The notes under the pieces were generated by a model. The model saw nothing but the letters and a program-made list of their open reading frames with translations. It was not told the origin of the DNA and did no database searches. The translations under genes and the position numbers were made by a program. Below, piece by piece: positions 25,118 through 38,121 of a DNA stretch of 64,000 bases (within the stretch, counting starts at the first letter, position 1; every line of letters begins with the position of its first letter). The stretch covers positions 13,330,001 to 13,394,000 of the forward strand of contig OX597833.1 in NCBI GenBank assembly GCA_951406725.2. The letters run 5' to 3'. This DNA comes from Octopus vulgaris (taxonomy: Eukaryota).

Positions 25118-25248
25118 TGCCAGCGCACGAAACTCTCGGTCCTCGAGTCCTCTGTTATTTCTGCTAAATATTAATAAAAATATCCATATACTCATATTTT
25201 GACATCAAATTTTCCTGTTTGCATTACAATGTGCGTGCACACATAAAT

Positions 25249-25290
<42 letters not shown>

Positions 25291-25367
25291 CATAAGGGAC
25301 GTTAGCTAACGTCCCTTATGTTATAGAGCAGTTACTGTATATACCTCGTTTAGAGAATTATTATTGC

Positions 25368-25415
<48 letters not shown>

Positions 25416-25874
25416 GCGTAATCTTCCATGCCGGAAGCGAACATCTCAAGAAATACTCAATCCTGGATAATGGTTCCTAGCATATCTGAACGTAAAGCTA
25501 AAGAAAAAAAAAATTTGCTTCCTCAAAAGATTTAAGATGTGTATTTTCTGTGACGTTTCTAGTTGGGAGAAGGGGTTGGGGGCGATCTGACTGCTCCAAG
25601 CAACGCATGTACGGAACAGGTCTTGGTGTCCGTGAGGAAGAGGACAGAATTCAAAGGTCTGTCCCACTCAGCCGCACACTCCAGCTACGTCGGAGAATAA
25701 GTTTACATACGGCGAGCATCTTCGGTCAGTTTTATGTTTGAGGATATCTTGTCCTTCTGTCCCTCCCTTCCACTGTTTTCAGAGACCCTGAAAGGGGTCA
25801 TAGACATTGCCCTCTCCGTTGACGAAGTGATTGGATAATGAGGCTTTTGGGGTTCATTGCGGAACCGCTACCGT

Positions 25875-26110
25875 CTCGCTTCCTCTCTCGCTCTCTCTTC
25901 TTCTTCTTTTCTCGCTCTCTCTTCTTCTTTTCCCGCTCTCTCTTCTTCTTTTCTCGCTCTCTCTTCTTCTTTTCTCGCTCTCTCTTCTTCTTTTCTCGCT
26001 CTCTCTTCTTCTTTTCACACTCTCTCCACTTCTTCTCACACTCTCTCCACTTCTTCTCTCGCTCTCTCTTCTTCTTCTCTCGCCCTCTCTTCTTCTCTCG
26101 CTCTCCCTTA
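25875..26110. repeat. pyrimidine-rich 21-bp minisatellite (tctcgctctctcttcttcttt)
   Basis: Tandem units seen directly. Confidence 0.9.
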
Positions 26111-27088
26111 CACACACACACTTTTCGAGTCACACACTTCGGTCTCAAAGGGGGACGGACACATTAGATAATGTTGTCCTACACATACTATGTTTCAATA
26201 AGAGACAAGATGGCCACCGTTGGAATGTCTTTATCATAACTTAATCAGGAATACCTTGTAATCAGTCAACTATTAAGATTCTGCTAATCACGAACTAATT
26301 ACAGCGGCCGTAATGGCGATGAGCTGGCAGAATCGTTAGCGCGATGGACGAAATGTGCGGCGGCATTTCGTTCAGTTCCTTACGTTCTGAGTTCAAATTC
26401 CGCCATGGTCGATTCTGCCTTCATAAAATAATATACTTGTCAAATAGTGGTGAGAGGAGGGACACACACACGATCTAATCACTTAACTCCTACCCTCAAA
26501 ACTGCCGGCCTTGTGCCAAAAATTGAAATAATTACGATGGTTACAAATTGCAATTACCAGAAAGAATTTTCATGTAAATGCTCAAGCTGGAATTGATCCC
26601 TTATCGCTGATTCATCTTACCGGTAGTTTAGCTTAGCCTTACTCACTACTCTTTTAAACACAGTACAAAAGAAAAAGGAAAAAAAATACAAAATGACTGT
26701 CTAAATTAGCTGTTAAATGATACGATAAAAAAGTTATACATAACATTTATCTCTTTACAAATCCCCTAACCTTATTTTCCCTCGCCCCCATATCATACGA
26801 ACCCTATTCTTAGCCATAATAAGATCCTTATTTTAGAGACTTGATTACTTTGTATGTTTAAACAAGATAAGGAAACTACGAGACACACATATTTCCCTTG
26901 ATAGGAGAGGTTTTCTGCTGTTATCTTTCTCCACTTAAAAACCTTTGTTGTGTCCCTTTGTCATGTTATCTCATGAATATAAACACAATATAAACATTTA
27001 TTTCGCCGTCGTGTATTATCAGGGACTGAAAAGGTAGAGTTGTTCGTGCGAGTGGCAGAGACAGAAGGGAAGTTGGATAAAAATTCTA

Positions 27089-27511
27089 GGATCTTTTCGG
27101 TTTGAACGGCAGTTTTTCCTAGCGGTGTCATATGAAATTGTCACCCATAATTATGACCCTAGTATCGATCTATTGCATTTCAATCTGTTTTAGGGTTAGA
27201 GTTAGGGTTAGGGGTGGGGGGAAGGGTATCTTTTTTTTTCAGAAATGTAAATAAACCCAATCAGTTTCTTAAACGAGGGACATATTCATACGGCACAGAA
27301 TGCTTTTTAACTCAATAGACGTCACTGATTGGTTGAAATTGCAGAAATTGAAGAAAAAAGACAACAAATATCTTACAAACTATAGAATTTTCTCAATAAA
27401 GCCAAGAGAAAAAGATGTTTTATAAACACATTCTACCAGTATACGAAGTTTAAAAGTGTTTAGTTAACTAGAAATTGTGTTAAAAAACTGCCGTTCAAAC
27501 CGAAAAGATCC
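27089..27511. mobile_element. MITE with perfect 29-bp TIRs and 8-bp TSD (GG termini; Merlin- or MULE-like)
   Basis: aaattcta|ggatcttttcggtttgaacggcagttttt ... aaaaactgccgttcaaaccgaaaagatcc|aaattcta. Confidence 0.95.
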
Positions 27512-29041
27512 AAATTCTATACAGTTGATGTTGCTTGAGAAGTCGAATAATAATAATTAAGGACCAACCATGAAATATATACTGGAGTGGATTCTATGAC
27601 TGAGATGTAAAAAATTAAATAAACGAGGTCCGTCTTTTGCTAATTTTACAAATCAATATTGTAGTTAATAAGACCAATGGTGGTGGTGGTGGTGATGGTA
27701 AGGAATAAGGAGCAGGAGTAGGATAATAATAATGGTAGCAATTTTGGGGGAAGGTAATAGTCGATTACATAAACCCCGAAAGGTTGAAAGGCAAAGCCGA
27801 CCTCGGCGGAATTTGAACTCAGAACATACAGACAGTCGAAATGCCGCTAAGCATTAGAGCTACGTCGGAGAATAAGTTTACATACGGCGAGCATCTTCGC
27901 TCAGTATGTTTGATGATATCTTGTCCTTCTGTTCCTCCTTTCCACTGTATTCAGAGACCCTGGGAGGGGTCACAGACATTGCCCTCTCCGTTGACGAAGT
28001 GATTGGATAATGAGGCTTTTCTCGTTGAAATACACCGAAAAATGGCGACACAGCAGTCAAAAAATCGAGATTTTCATAGAAAAAAAAGCACCTTTTTGAT
28101 GTAATAATAAGATCCATGTCAACTTGATAACGTCCAGGATTCTTTTAATAAATTCCAGAGAGCTTCTGTGATCAAAAGTTAGGATCAAAACACTTAAGTA
28201 TACTGGTGATTAGTATTAATCATTCCTAGCAAGGTTCTATTTCTGATGACCTCATATGTTAAGTTAGAGGTCAGAGATCAAAACAGGAGATTCTTGTGAA
28301 AATGTCGAGTGTGCATGAGATAATCTCTTATTTTTAAATCTACTTATACTTTATTTTCTAACATTTTCCTGTACAAAATATTTTCTAGTTTAAGTTCTAA
28401 GCACTATTTCGTATGATTCATACTTATATATTGTCGAAAAGCCCTGATATTAATATTCGACTAGCATTTAAAATATGGGTGAATTTAGGGATTTAAATTC
28501 AAGACGTAAAATAGAAAAAATGTCATTAAAAACTGGGAGACAGTTTGTCCGGATCTCTGTCGATTCTTCCATTAACCAACCTCAATTTTCTATGAAGAAA
28601 TATATCCGTTTCCTTACTGTGCAGCAATAAAGCCAGCTGGTCTTGATCAGATATCAGCTGATGTTCACAAGAGAAAGAGAGAGCAGTTTACATTCACACA
28701 TTCATTACCAAGATATGACAGGAAGTTTAATTATCCTCTGAACTTAGATGTATTCGTTGTCAACTCTCGGGAAGAAGAGTGGCAGATTTGCATTCAGAAA
28801 CGACTTGCGTTTCACTCTGAACAGGAGGAGGAGGGGCGAGGGACAGAGCAAAGATGAGCTGCAATCAATCTTGTGAAAAACTAGGATTCTTTCTGTAGTT
28901 CTCCATTTACACTTTATGTAAAGTTATCTATCCCACAAGTTCTGAAATTTGCAAATAACTGTCCCTCTCCACACAAGGGATTTTTAAACCCCTTCTTCTT
29001 TATTAATGGGATCATAGAACAGGTTCTGCTTCCATATATAT

Positions 29042-29213
29042 AGGCGCAGGAGTGGCTGTGTGGTAAGTAGCTTGTCTACCAACCACATGGTTCCGGGTTC
29101 AGTCCCACTGCGTGGCACCTTGGGCAAGTATCTTCTACTATAGCCTCGGGCCGACCAAAACCTTGTGAGTGGATTTGGTAGACGGAAACTGAAAGAAGCC
29201 AGTTGTATATATG

Positions 29214-29274
<61 letters not shown>

Positions 29275-29490
29275 TGTGTGTGTTTGTCTGTGTTTGTCCC
29301 CTAGCATTGCTTGACAACCGATGCTGGTGTGTTTATGTCCCCGTTACTTAGCGGTTCGGCAAAAGAGACCGATAGAATAAGTACTGGGCTTACAAAAAGA
29401 ATAAGTCCCGGGGTCGAGTTGCTCGATTAAAGGCGGTGCTCCAGCATGGCCGCAGTCAAATGACTGAAACAAGTAAAAGAGTAAAAGAGT
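29042..29490 (+). mobile_element. full-length CORE-like tRNA SINE with internal (TA)n(TG)n
   Basis: A-box TGGCTGTGTGG, B-box GGTTCAGTCC, ccttgggcaagt block, central microsatellite, tail (aaaagagt)n. Confidence 0.9.
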
Positions 29491-29552
29491 ATATAATTCT
29501 TTCTTCACCATGTTTTAAAACCAAGTTAAAAACCATCCAACATTATTATATA

Positions 29553-29903
29553 CTAGCACTATGACCCGGCAAAGCTAGTGCATGCATATACAGCTGCGTG
29601 CGTGCGCACATACACGCGAGTACTGTCCAAATCTCCGACCAATCACATACAGCTAGCTGGCATTCAATTGGCATATCAAGTTTCGGGCATTTTGATTGGG
29701 TTTTGGATAGAAAATTCACAAAAAAGTCACTTCTATTGATTTTTTAATGGCTTTGCGGGGTGACTGGCGAAATGTAAAGATGTACACGACCACCCTTGGA
29801 CGGTTTTGAATGACCATAGAAAGTGCGAGCCCTCTAACTGAAAAATTGTGGATTTGTATAAAGGATACACACACAGACATTTTGCCGTTTATATATCTAG
29901 AGA
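29553..29903 (-). mobile_element. non-autonomous Helitron (family C)
   Basis: A|ctagcactatgacccggc 3' end; 5' end gccgtttatatat..gaga shared with family B. Confidence 0.65.
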
Positions 29904-30607
29904 TAATTTTCTATTCTCCAACTTCAGCTTTCGATTAAGTGAACCAAGAAACCAAATATACTTCTTAATCACCAAGAAAACAAATTGGATAAATAGATGG
30001 TGGTGAATAACTGTTTTCTTGATAAAAGACTTAGATTAGTAGTTTGGGATTTCAAAGTAGGATTTAGATGGTCCCAAAGACAGAAGTCGATCTGGAGAAA
30101 GAGAACATGGAAGAGAGTTTTCAACTTGCAATGCGTTGAAACAAATATTAAAACAGCTAGCTATGTATCATACTTAACGTGAATACGTCATTACAAGGCA
30201 AGTTACCGTGGTATTCGTCCAGAAATAACATCTTTTACGAGCCTGTTGTGCTTTAAAATACTATATATATCAGAGAGAAACGAAAATAGTCTCAGCAGCG
30301 GTCAGTGAGTATACTCGATGTATTCTGCTTTTGTGGCGTCGTCAATGGCGTATATTCTCAGCCATTCATATGCCTAGGTAAGATATGTAGTCTCCGATAT
30401 AATGGGAAGCACTGCTTGAATATAAATTATGAGGAATTATGTTTCTCAAAACCATAAAGGAGAAAGCTGATTCGAAGACTACAGATCCAAACCATCACTG
30501 GAATTGTACAAATCTGTAAAACTTGCCAGAAGTTTATCGTTTAAGTATTATAATTACGAATAAGCCCCAGCTGAATAAAAGTGTCACAGAAGCAGTATTA
30601 GATTAAA

Positions 30608-31009
30608 GGCGGCGAGCTGGCAGAAACTTTAGCACGCCGGGCGAAATGCTTAGCGGTATTTCGTCTGTCGTTACGTTGCGAGTTCAAATTCCGCCGAGGT
30701 CGACTTTGCCTTTCATCCTTTCGGGGTCGATAAATTAAGTACCAGTTACGCACTGCGGTCGATATAATCGACCTAATCCATTTGTCTGTCCTTGTTTGTA
30801 GCCCCTTGTGAGTAGTAAAGAAATAGGTATTTCATCTGTCGTTACGTTGCGAGTTCAAATTCCGCCGAGGTCGACTTTGCCTTTCATCCTTTCGGGGTCG
30901 ATAAATTAAGTACCAGTTACGCACTGGGGTCGATGTAATCGACTTAATACCTATGTCTGTCCTTGTTTGTCCCCTCTGTGTTTAGCCCCTTGTGGGTAAT
31001 AAAGAAATA
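30608..31009 (+). mobile_element. Nin-domain-like SINE dimer flanked by one TSD
   Basis: TSD agtattagattaaa(gg) at 30594 and 31010; internal junction gaaata|ggtattt. Confidence 0.95.
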
Positions 31010-31135
31010 AGTATTAGATTAAAGGTATTAGTTGATGCCTTTGAGGAAATAGGATAGAAGATAGAAACCTATTGCGCAGGGGATAACTAGAAGGTCCTGC
31101 AAAATAAGTTTGCTTGTAGTGACTGACCAGACATG

Positions 31136-31469
31136 GCGAAGTAAACGTGAGGTAACCTCCTTGAATCACATCGACTCATAAGGGCCGGTTTCCTGATTCC
31201 ACGGCGTATATATTTCCCACCTGGATAGGACGCCAGTCCGTCGCAGGTTTACTCTCTCTCTCTCTCGCTTATTTGTTTCAGTCATTTGACTGTGGCCATG
31301 CTGGAGCACCACCTTTAGTCGAGCAAATCGACCCAGAACTTACTCATTTTAAACGTAGTACTTTTTCTATCGGTCTCTTTTGCAGAACCACTAAGTTACG
31401 GAGACGTAAACATACCAGCATCGGTCGTCGAGCGATGTTGGGGGGGTACAAACACAGACACACAAACAT

Positions 31470-31555
<86 letters not shown>

Positions 31556-31880
31556 AAGACGGGCTTCTTTCAGTTTCCGTCTACCAAATCCACTCACAAA
31601 GTTTCGGGCGGCCCGAGGCTATAGTAGAAGATACTTGCCCAAGGTGCCACGCAGTGGAACTGAACCCGGAACAATGTGGTTCGTCAGCAAGTACTTACCA
31701 CACAGCCACTCCTACGCCTATACCTACTTACCACACACAATTTTGCCGGCAGAGTGGACCACAACAATGTGAAATGAAGTGTCTTGCTTAAGAATACTAC
31801 GCGTCGCCCGGTCTAGGAATTGAAACCACAATCTTACGATCAGGAGTCCAACACTCTACCCACTAAGCCACGCACCTCCA
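31136..31880 (-). mobile_element. V-domain-like SINE with TSD, containing a nested CORE-like SINE (about 31270-31720)
   Basis: TSD actgaccagacatg on both sides; flanks read as a decayed RTE ORF (KVT..WWNS..RTIKTKR). Confidence 0.75.
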
Positions 31881-32120
31881 CTGACCAGACATGCAGTTGG
31901 AGTAAGACTCCAGCCAAAAAGGTGACACGATTGGTGGAACAGCTCAGTAAATAGAACCATAAAGACTAAAAGACGGTTCTGGAAGGACTTGAAGAAAATG
32001 GTAGCAAGGAGTTAACCATTACACCTGTTCTCTCTCGAATTAGTGAAGGCCTTTGACAGAGTTTCCTGTTTTGAGATCTGTTGGACACTTTGGATGAAAG
32101 ATTTGTGAAAGCTAAACAAT

Positions 32121-32285
32121 AGGCGCAGAAGTGGCTGTGTGGTAAGTAGCTTGCTAATCAACCACATGGTTCCGGGTTCAATCCACTGCGTGGCATCTTG
32201 GGCAAGTGTCTTCTACTATAGCCCCGGGCCGACCAATGCCTTGTTAGTGGATTTGGTAGACGGAAACTGAAAGAAGCCTGTCGTA

Positions 32286-32366
<81 letters not shown>

Positions 32367-32588
32367 CTGTGTGTTTGTGTGTCTGTGTTTGTGCCCCTAG
32401 CATTGCTTGACAACCGATGCTGGTGTGTTTACGTCCCTGTCACTTAGCGGTTCGGCAAAAGAGACCGATAGAATAAGTACTGGACTTACAAAGAATAAGT
32501 CCCGGGGTCGATTTGATCGACTAAAGGTGGTGCTCCAGCATGGCCGCAGTCAAATGACTGAAACAAGTAAAAGAGTAAAGAGTAAAGT
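32121..32588 (+). mobile_element. full-length CORE-like SINE
   Basis: Same structure as 29042-29490. Confidence 0.9.
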
Positions 32589-33014
32589 ACGCAGTGTTTG
32601 AAGGTGAGAATTAGCAAAAGGTTCACTTAATTTAGGGTTCAAAGAGTGACCCCCTCGTTGCTTTATCCTTAGTCAGTCCTCCTAAAACTTACGTAGCGCC
32701 TTCATACACAATGACAAGAAGTAACTTGTGCTAAACAACGACGCAATTGCTGAACGTTATGAATGAAAACCTGACGTTATACGCGACTGAAATATTGGTT
32801 TCAAATTTTGGCGCAAAGCCAGCAATTTGGGGGTGGGGTGGCGGGAAAGTCGATAAGATCGACCCCAGTGTTCATCGGTCCTCGAAAGGATGAAAAGTTT
32901 CCGTCTGCCAAATCTACTCACAAGGCTTCGGTCACCCCGAGGCAGTAGTAGAAGACACTTGCCCATAGTGCCGTGCAGTAGGATTGAACCCAGAACAACG
33001 TGGTTGGGAAGCAA

Positions 33015-33049
<35 letters not shown>

Positions 33050-33835
33050 CATACACACACACACACGACGGGGTTCTTTCTGTTTCTGTCTACGAAATCC
33101 ACTGACAAGGATTTTGTCAGCTCTGGGCTATAGTAAAACACATTTGACCAAGGTACCTTGCAAGGTGCAGTGCAGTTGGACCGAACCCAAAACTACGTGG
33201 TTGAGAAGTAAGGTTCTTATAAAACAACCATATATATATATGTACACGTGCTTAACACACATGTATGTGTATGTATGAATGCGTATGTATGCATGAATGC
33301 GTATGTTGTGTTTGTGTATCACAACGATGTGTGGATCATCTAACAAGAATCGATCGCATATCTAGAGTCCTTTTTTTTATTTTATCAAATATTGAAAAAT
33401 CTTATAAAATGATCTTTATTTTATTGATATTGAAATCGACGTGGCATCTGTCATCGTATGTCTACTGCCAGAAAAACAATCTTTAATCCAGAAGTGACAT
33501 ACTCTACAGTACATCATTCACTGAAAGATACAAGGATATTCTTAAAACCTATCACGGGATGTGCGATATATAAAGAAAAATACGGACGCTGACAGTGGAG
33601 CTTGAAGATCAATATGTCGGAGTGACATCGAGAAGACAGAGCCGGAAGTCGATTTTCGTTACCAAGACAAAACACAAAGGCAGCTGGCAACTAATCGATG
33701 ACAAATCAGGTGATACAAAATACAAACCTGCTCTCGATAAAACAATATGATCGAAAAATTAATTACTCATCAGGTGAGATAAATTGGGATTTGACATTAA
33801 AGAAACTGGTTAACTTCTATTTAAACTATATGTAC

Positions 33836-34175
33836 AATAATGGTTTCCAATTTTGCCACAAGGGCAACCATTCTTTGGGTGGTGGGGAGAGGAGTAGTCG
33901 TTTAATAATGGTTTCCAATTTTGCCACAAGGGCAACCATTCTTTGGGTGGTGGGGAGAGGAGTAGTCGTTTAATAATGGTTTCCAATTTTGCCACAAGGG
34001 CAACCATTCTTTGGGTGGTGGGGAGAGGAGTAGTCGTTTAATAATGGTTTCCAATTTTGCCACAAGGGCAACCATTCTTTGGGTGGTGGGGAGAGGAGTA
34101 GTCGTTTAATAATGGTTTCCAATTTTGCCACAAGGGCAGCCATTCTTTGGGTGGTGGGGAGAGGAGTAGTCGTTT
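33836..34175. repeat. 68-bp tandem repeat, 5 copies
   Basis: aataatggtttccaattttgccacaagggc...gtagtcgttt at 33836, 33904, 33972, 34040 and 34108. Confidence 0.95.
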
Positions 34176-34339
34176 AAATCGACGCCAGTGTTTCACTGGT
34201 ACTTAATTTATCGGGACCGCGAGCCTACGTCCGCGAGTCCGTTGCCCTAACCACTGGGCCATTGCGCCTCCACACGACTTACATAGAATTCAAGTACCAG
34301 TATATATACACGTACGTACATATATATTACATATGTGTG

Positions 34340-34985
34340 CAGGTGTGTGTGTGTTTTTGTGTCTATGTCTCCCTATCACCACTTGACAACCGGTGCTGGT
34401 GTGTTTACGTCCCCATAACCTAGCGGTTCGGAAAAATATACCGATATAATAAGTACTAGGCATCTTTAAAAAAATAGGTCCTAGGGTCGATTTATTCGAC
34501 AAAAAAAAACCTTCAAGGTGGTGCTCCAGCACGGCCGCAGTCAAATGATTGAAACAAGTAAAAGAATAAAGATATATACACACAGGCGCAGGAGTGGCTG
34601 TGTGGTAAGTAGCTTGTTTACCAACCACATGGTTCTGGGTTCAGTCCCACTGCGTGGCACCTTGGGCAAGTGTCTTCTACTATAGCCTCGGGCCGACCAA
34701 AGCCTTGTGAGTGGATTTGGTAGACGGAAACTGAAAGAAGCCCGTCGTATATATGTATATATATGTATGTGCGTGTATGTTTGTGTGTCTGTGTTTGTCC
34801 CACTAGCATTGCTTGACAACCGATGCTGGTGTGTTTACGTCCCCGTCACCTAGCGGTTCGGCAAAAGAGACCGATAGAATAAGTACTGGGCTTACAAAAA
34901 AGAATAAGTCCCGGGGTTGAGTTGCTCGATTAAAAGGCGGTGCTCCAGCATGGCCGCAGTCAAAATGACTGAAACAAGAAAAAGA
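34340..34985 (+). mobile_element. two CORE-like SINEs (a 3' half plus a full copy from about 34584)
   Basis: Family match. Confidence 0.85.
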
Positions 34986-35024
34986 AAAAAAGAAAGACAA
35001 ACTTACAAATATGTACGCACACTG

Positions 35025-35510
35025 CATGTGTGTGTGTGTGTGTGTGTGTTTGTGTGTGTGTACCTGTGTGTGTGTGTGTGTTTGTGTGTGTGTACCTGTG
35101 TATGTGTGTGTTTGTGTGTGTACCTGTGTGTGTGTGTGTGTACCTGTGTTTGTGTGTATGTACCTGTGTGTGTGTGTGTGTTTGTGTGTGTGTACCTGTG
35201 TGTGTGTGTGTGTGTGTACCTGTATGTGTGTGTGTTTGTGTGTGTGTACCTGTATGTGTGTGTTTGTGTGTGTGTTTGTGTGTGTGTACCTGTGTGTGTG
35301 TGTGTTTGTGTGTGTGTACCTGTGTGTGTGTGTGTGTGTGTGTGTGTACCTGTGTGTGTGTGTGTTTGTGTGTGTGTACCTGTGTATGTGTGTGTTTGTG
35401 TGTGTGTACCTGTGTGTGTGTGTGTGTGTGTACCTGTGTGTGTGTTTGTGCCTGTGTGTGTGTGTGTGTTTGTGTGTGTGTACCTGTGTGTGTGTGTGCG
35501 CGTGTGTGTA
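35025..35510. repeat. (TG)n satellite punctuated by tacc
   Basis: Seen directly. Confidence 0.95.
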
Positions 35511-36031
35511 ATGTGAAAGAGCAAAACATGCGAAGTGCATATTGCAAGTGTCCTCTGCCTGTCAAACAGATGTACAGTAATATAAGTATTGGTGACATGT
35601 GTCACAAGCTGTGAACCTAAAAATCGCAGTTGCAACATTTTAGAATAGAAAGGGCAAACGTTTATCCAGACGAGCAATTTTCTTGCCACGAATGGCTAAA
35701 ACAATTCTTCCAGCATTCAACGAGTGTCACCAACATTCAGTCTGCAGGCCAAATGTCGTTAAACAAAACCTTAGTGAGAGCCTCGACTTATTCACATTAC
35801 AAAACCAGGCAACAATATGTCGCGTAATTTGACATCCGAGATGCAAGAGATAACAGAACGTTCGGTTTAGGAGATAATTAACAGTTACGAAAACTTGTCA
35901 CCAAGAGAAAAAAAATGCATAGATTGGAGATAACAAAGTACTAGATGCAATATGGTGAGTCACTACAAACGCACGCACACACACTTGAGCGGACTTGACT
36001 ACTCAGTCAAACTTCCGTGCATATAAATATA

Positions 36032-36642
36032 TATTTCTTTACGACCCACAAGGGGATAAACATAGAGGAGATAAACAAGGACAGACAAAGAGATTAAGTC
36101 GATTACATCGACCCCAGTGCGAAACTGGTACTTAATTTATCGGCCCCAAGAGGATGAAAGGCAGAGTCGACCTCGGCGGAATTTGAACTCAGAACGTAAC
36201 GACAGACGAAATACCTATTTCTTTATTGCCCACAAGGGGCTAAATACAGAGGGGACAAACAAGGCAAAGTCGGATCAAGACAGACGGATCAAGTCGATTA
36301 TATCGACCCCAGCGCGTAACTGGTACTTATTTAATCGACCCCGAAAGGATGAAAGGTAAAGTCGACCTCAGCGGAATTCGAACTCAGAACGTAGCGACGG
36401 GCGAAATACCTATTTCTTTACTACCCACAAGGGGCTAAACACAGAGGGGACAAACAAGGACAGACAAAGGGATTAAGTCGATTATATCGACCCCAGTGCG
36501 AAACTGGTACTTTATTTATCGGCCCCAAGAGGATGAAAGGCAAAGTCGACCTCGGCGGAATTTGAACTCAGAACGTAACGACAGACGAAATACCGCTAAG
36601 CATTTCGCCCGGCGTGCTAACGTTTCTGCCAAGCTCACCGCC
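36032..36642 (-). mobile_element. Nin-domain-like SINE trimer with TSD
   Basis: cgtgcatataaatatat on both sides; junctions gaaatacc|tatttc. Confidence 0.95.
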
Positions 36643-36711
36643 TCGTGCATATAAATATATATATACATACATATATAAATGCCAACGCATGAAACTTGCG
36701 GACCCTGAGTC

Positions 36712-36796
<85 letters not shown>

Positions 36797-36977
36797 ACAA
36801 GAAATAATTTTTGTCTCTTTTTATGGACACGAAAGGGTTTATAGGACTACAAAAAAAGAAGTGCTCAAATGTAATTGAGACAGAGATAAAGAAACTTAGA
36901 TCATAGAACAAACATCAAATTCGAGTCAACTACTTTATATATAACACCGTCCCTTATGAAACATTTCATCAAACATT

Positions 36978-37280
36978 TGCTTGCTCCTTCTCGAGCCATG
37001 CCTGGTTCATAAGGGCCGGTTTGCCGCTTTCGTTGGCGTATAGGTTCCCCACCTGGACGGGACGCCGGTCCGTCGCAGGTGAGCTGCGATATGCAGGAGT
37101 AAAGAGTGAGAGAAAGTTGTGGCGAAAGAGTCAGCAGAAGTTCGCCATTACCTTCTGCCGGAGCAGCGTAGAGTTAAGGTGTTTCGCTCATAAACACACA
37201 CATCTCCCGGTCTGAGATTCGAACCCGCAATCCCTCGACCGCGAGTCCGCTGCTCTAACCACTAGGATATGTGCCTCTAC
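36978..37280 (-). mobile_element. tRNA-Arg SINE (same family as 10740-11040)
   Basis: Family match; caaacatttg flanks both ends. Confidence 0.9.
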
Positions 37281-37309
37281 TGATCAAACATTTGATCATA
37301 TATATATAT

Positions 37310-37700
37310 TGGATGGAAACACTCCGTCAGTTACGACGACGAGGGTTCCGGTTGATCCGAATCAACGGAACAGCCTGCTCGTGAAATTAACGTGTAAGTG
37401 GCTGAGCACTCCACAGACACGTGTACCCTTAACGTAGTTCTCGGGCATATTCAGCATGACACAGAGAGTGACAAGGCCGGCCCTTTGAAATACAGGTACA
37501 ACAGAAACAGGAAGTAAGAGTGAGAGAAAGTTGTGGTGAAAGAGTACAACAGGGATCACCACCATCCCTACCGGAGCATCGTGGAGCTTTTTTAGGTGTT
37601 TTCGCTCAATAAACACTCACAACGCTCGGTCTGGGAATCGAAACCGCGATCCTACGACCGCTTGTCCGCTGCCCTAACCATTGGGCCATTGCCCCTCCAC
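37310..37700 (-). mobile_element. tRNA-Arg SINE with an alternative tail
   Basis: Head as at 22837; tail tttcacgagcaggctgttccgttgattcggatc, partly shared with 42727-42990. Confidence 0.85.
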
Positions 37701-38121
37701 ATATAAATATTACCATGGTTCTTAAACATAAAATATAATCATACAAAAAACACAGAAGGTAAAAAATATCCATGCGAATAAAATACAAATATATAGAACG
37801 GCCCATCAAAAATTAAATACAATCGACTAAAAATTCTAAAGCGTATCATGCTACTAAAAATCTAAATAAAATAAAATATCAATCGAATTTAAGTTTTTTT
37901 TTTTTTACTCCTCTCACTCAAAAGAGAACGTCCAAAAAGTTTAATTCATAAAATGATGGTAGGTTAGAGTCCAGGAGTAAAAAGAGTTCCACAAAATCAA
38001 ATCAAACACACCTCTGGCCATTTCGGGAGTTCATTGCCGCGGTTCGATCACAAAGTGTATCTCGGCAATAACCCCTTCATTATGATGAATAGAAAACACA
38101 CACAAAACAAAACCAAAAATG

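Noticed and set aside
25430-25870. Higher-complexity segment that might be a host exon
   Set aside because: No recognisable domain, stops in candidate frames, and partly duplicated like a repeat.
28230-28290. ctgatga-containing hairpin as a hammerhead (also about 33600)
   Set aside because: The GAAA box and stems I/III cannot be completed.
28600-28890. Possible old CR1/Jockey 3' remnant on the minus strand (..FFPRV..LP..)
   Set aside because: Similarity is too weak to support by eye.
30240-30545. Possible RLE-type LINE C-terminus (IRRLQIQTITGIVQICKT)
   Set aside because: Only one short motif recognisable; too decayed to call without a search.
33836-34175. CRISPR-like regular repeats (also 17555-17875 and 15950-16220)
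   Set aside because: No unique spacers, eukaryotic context, and no cas genes.
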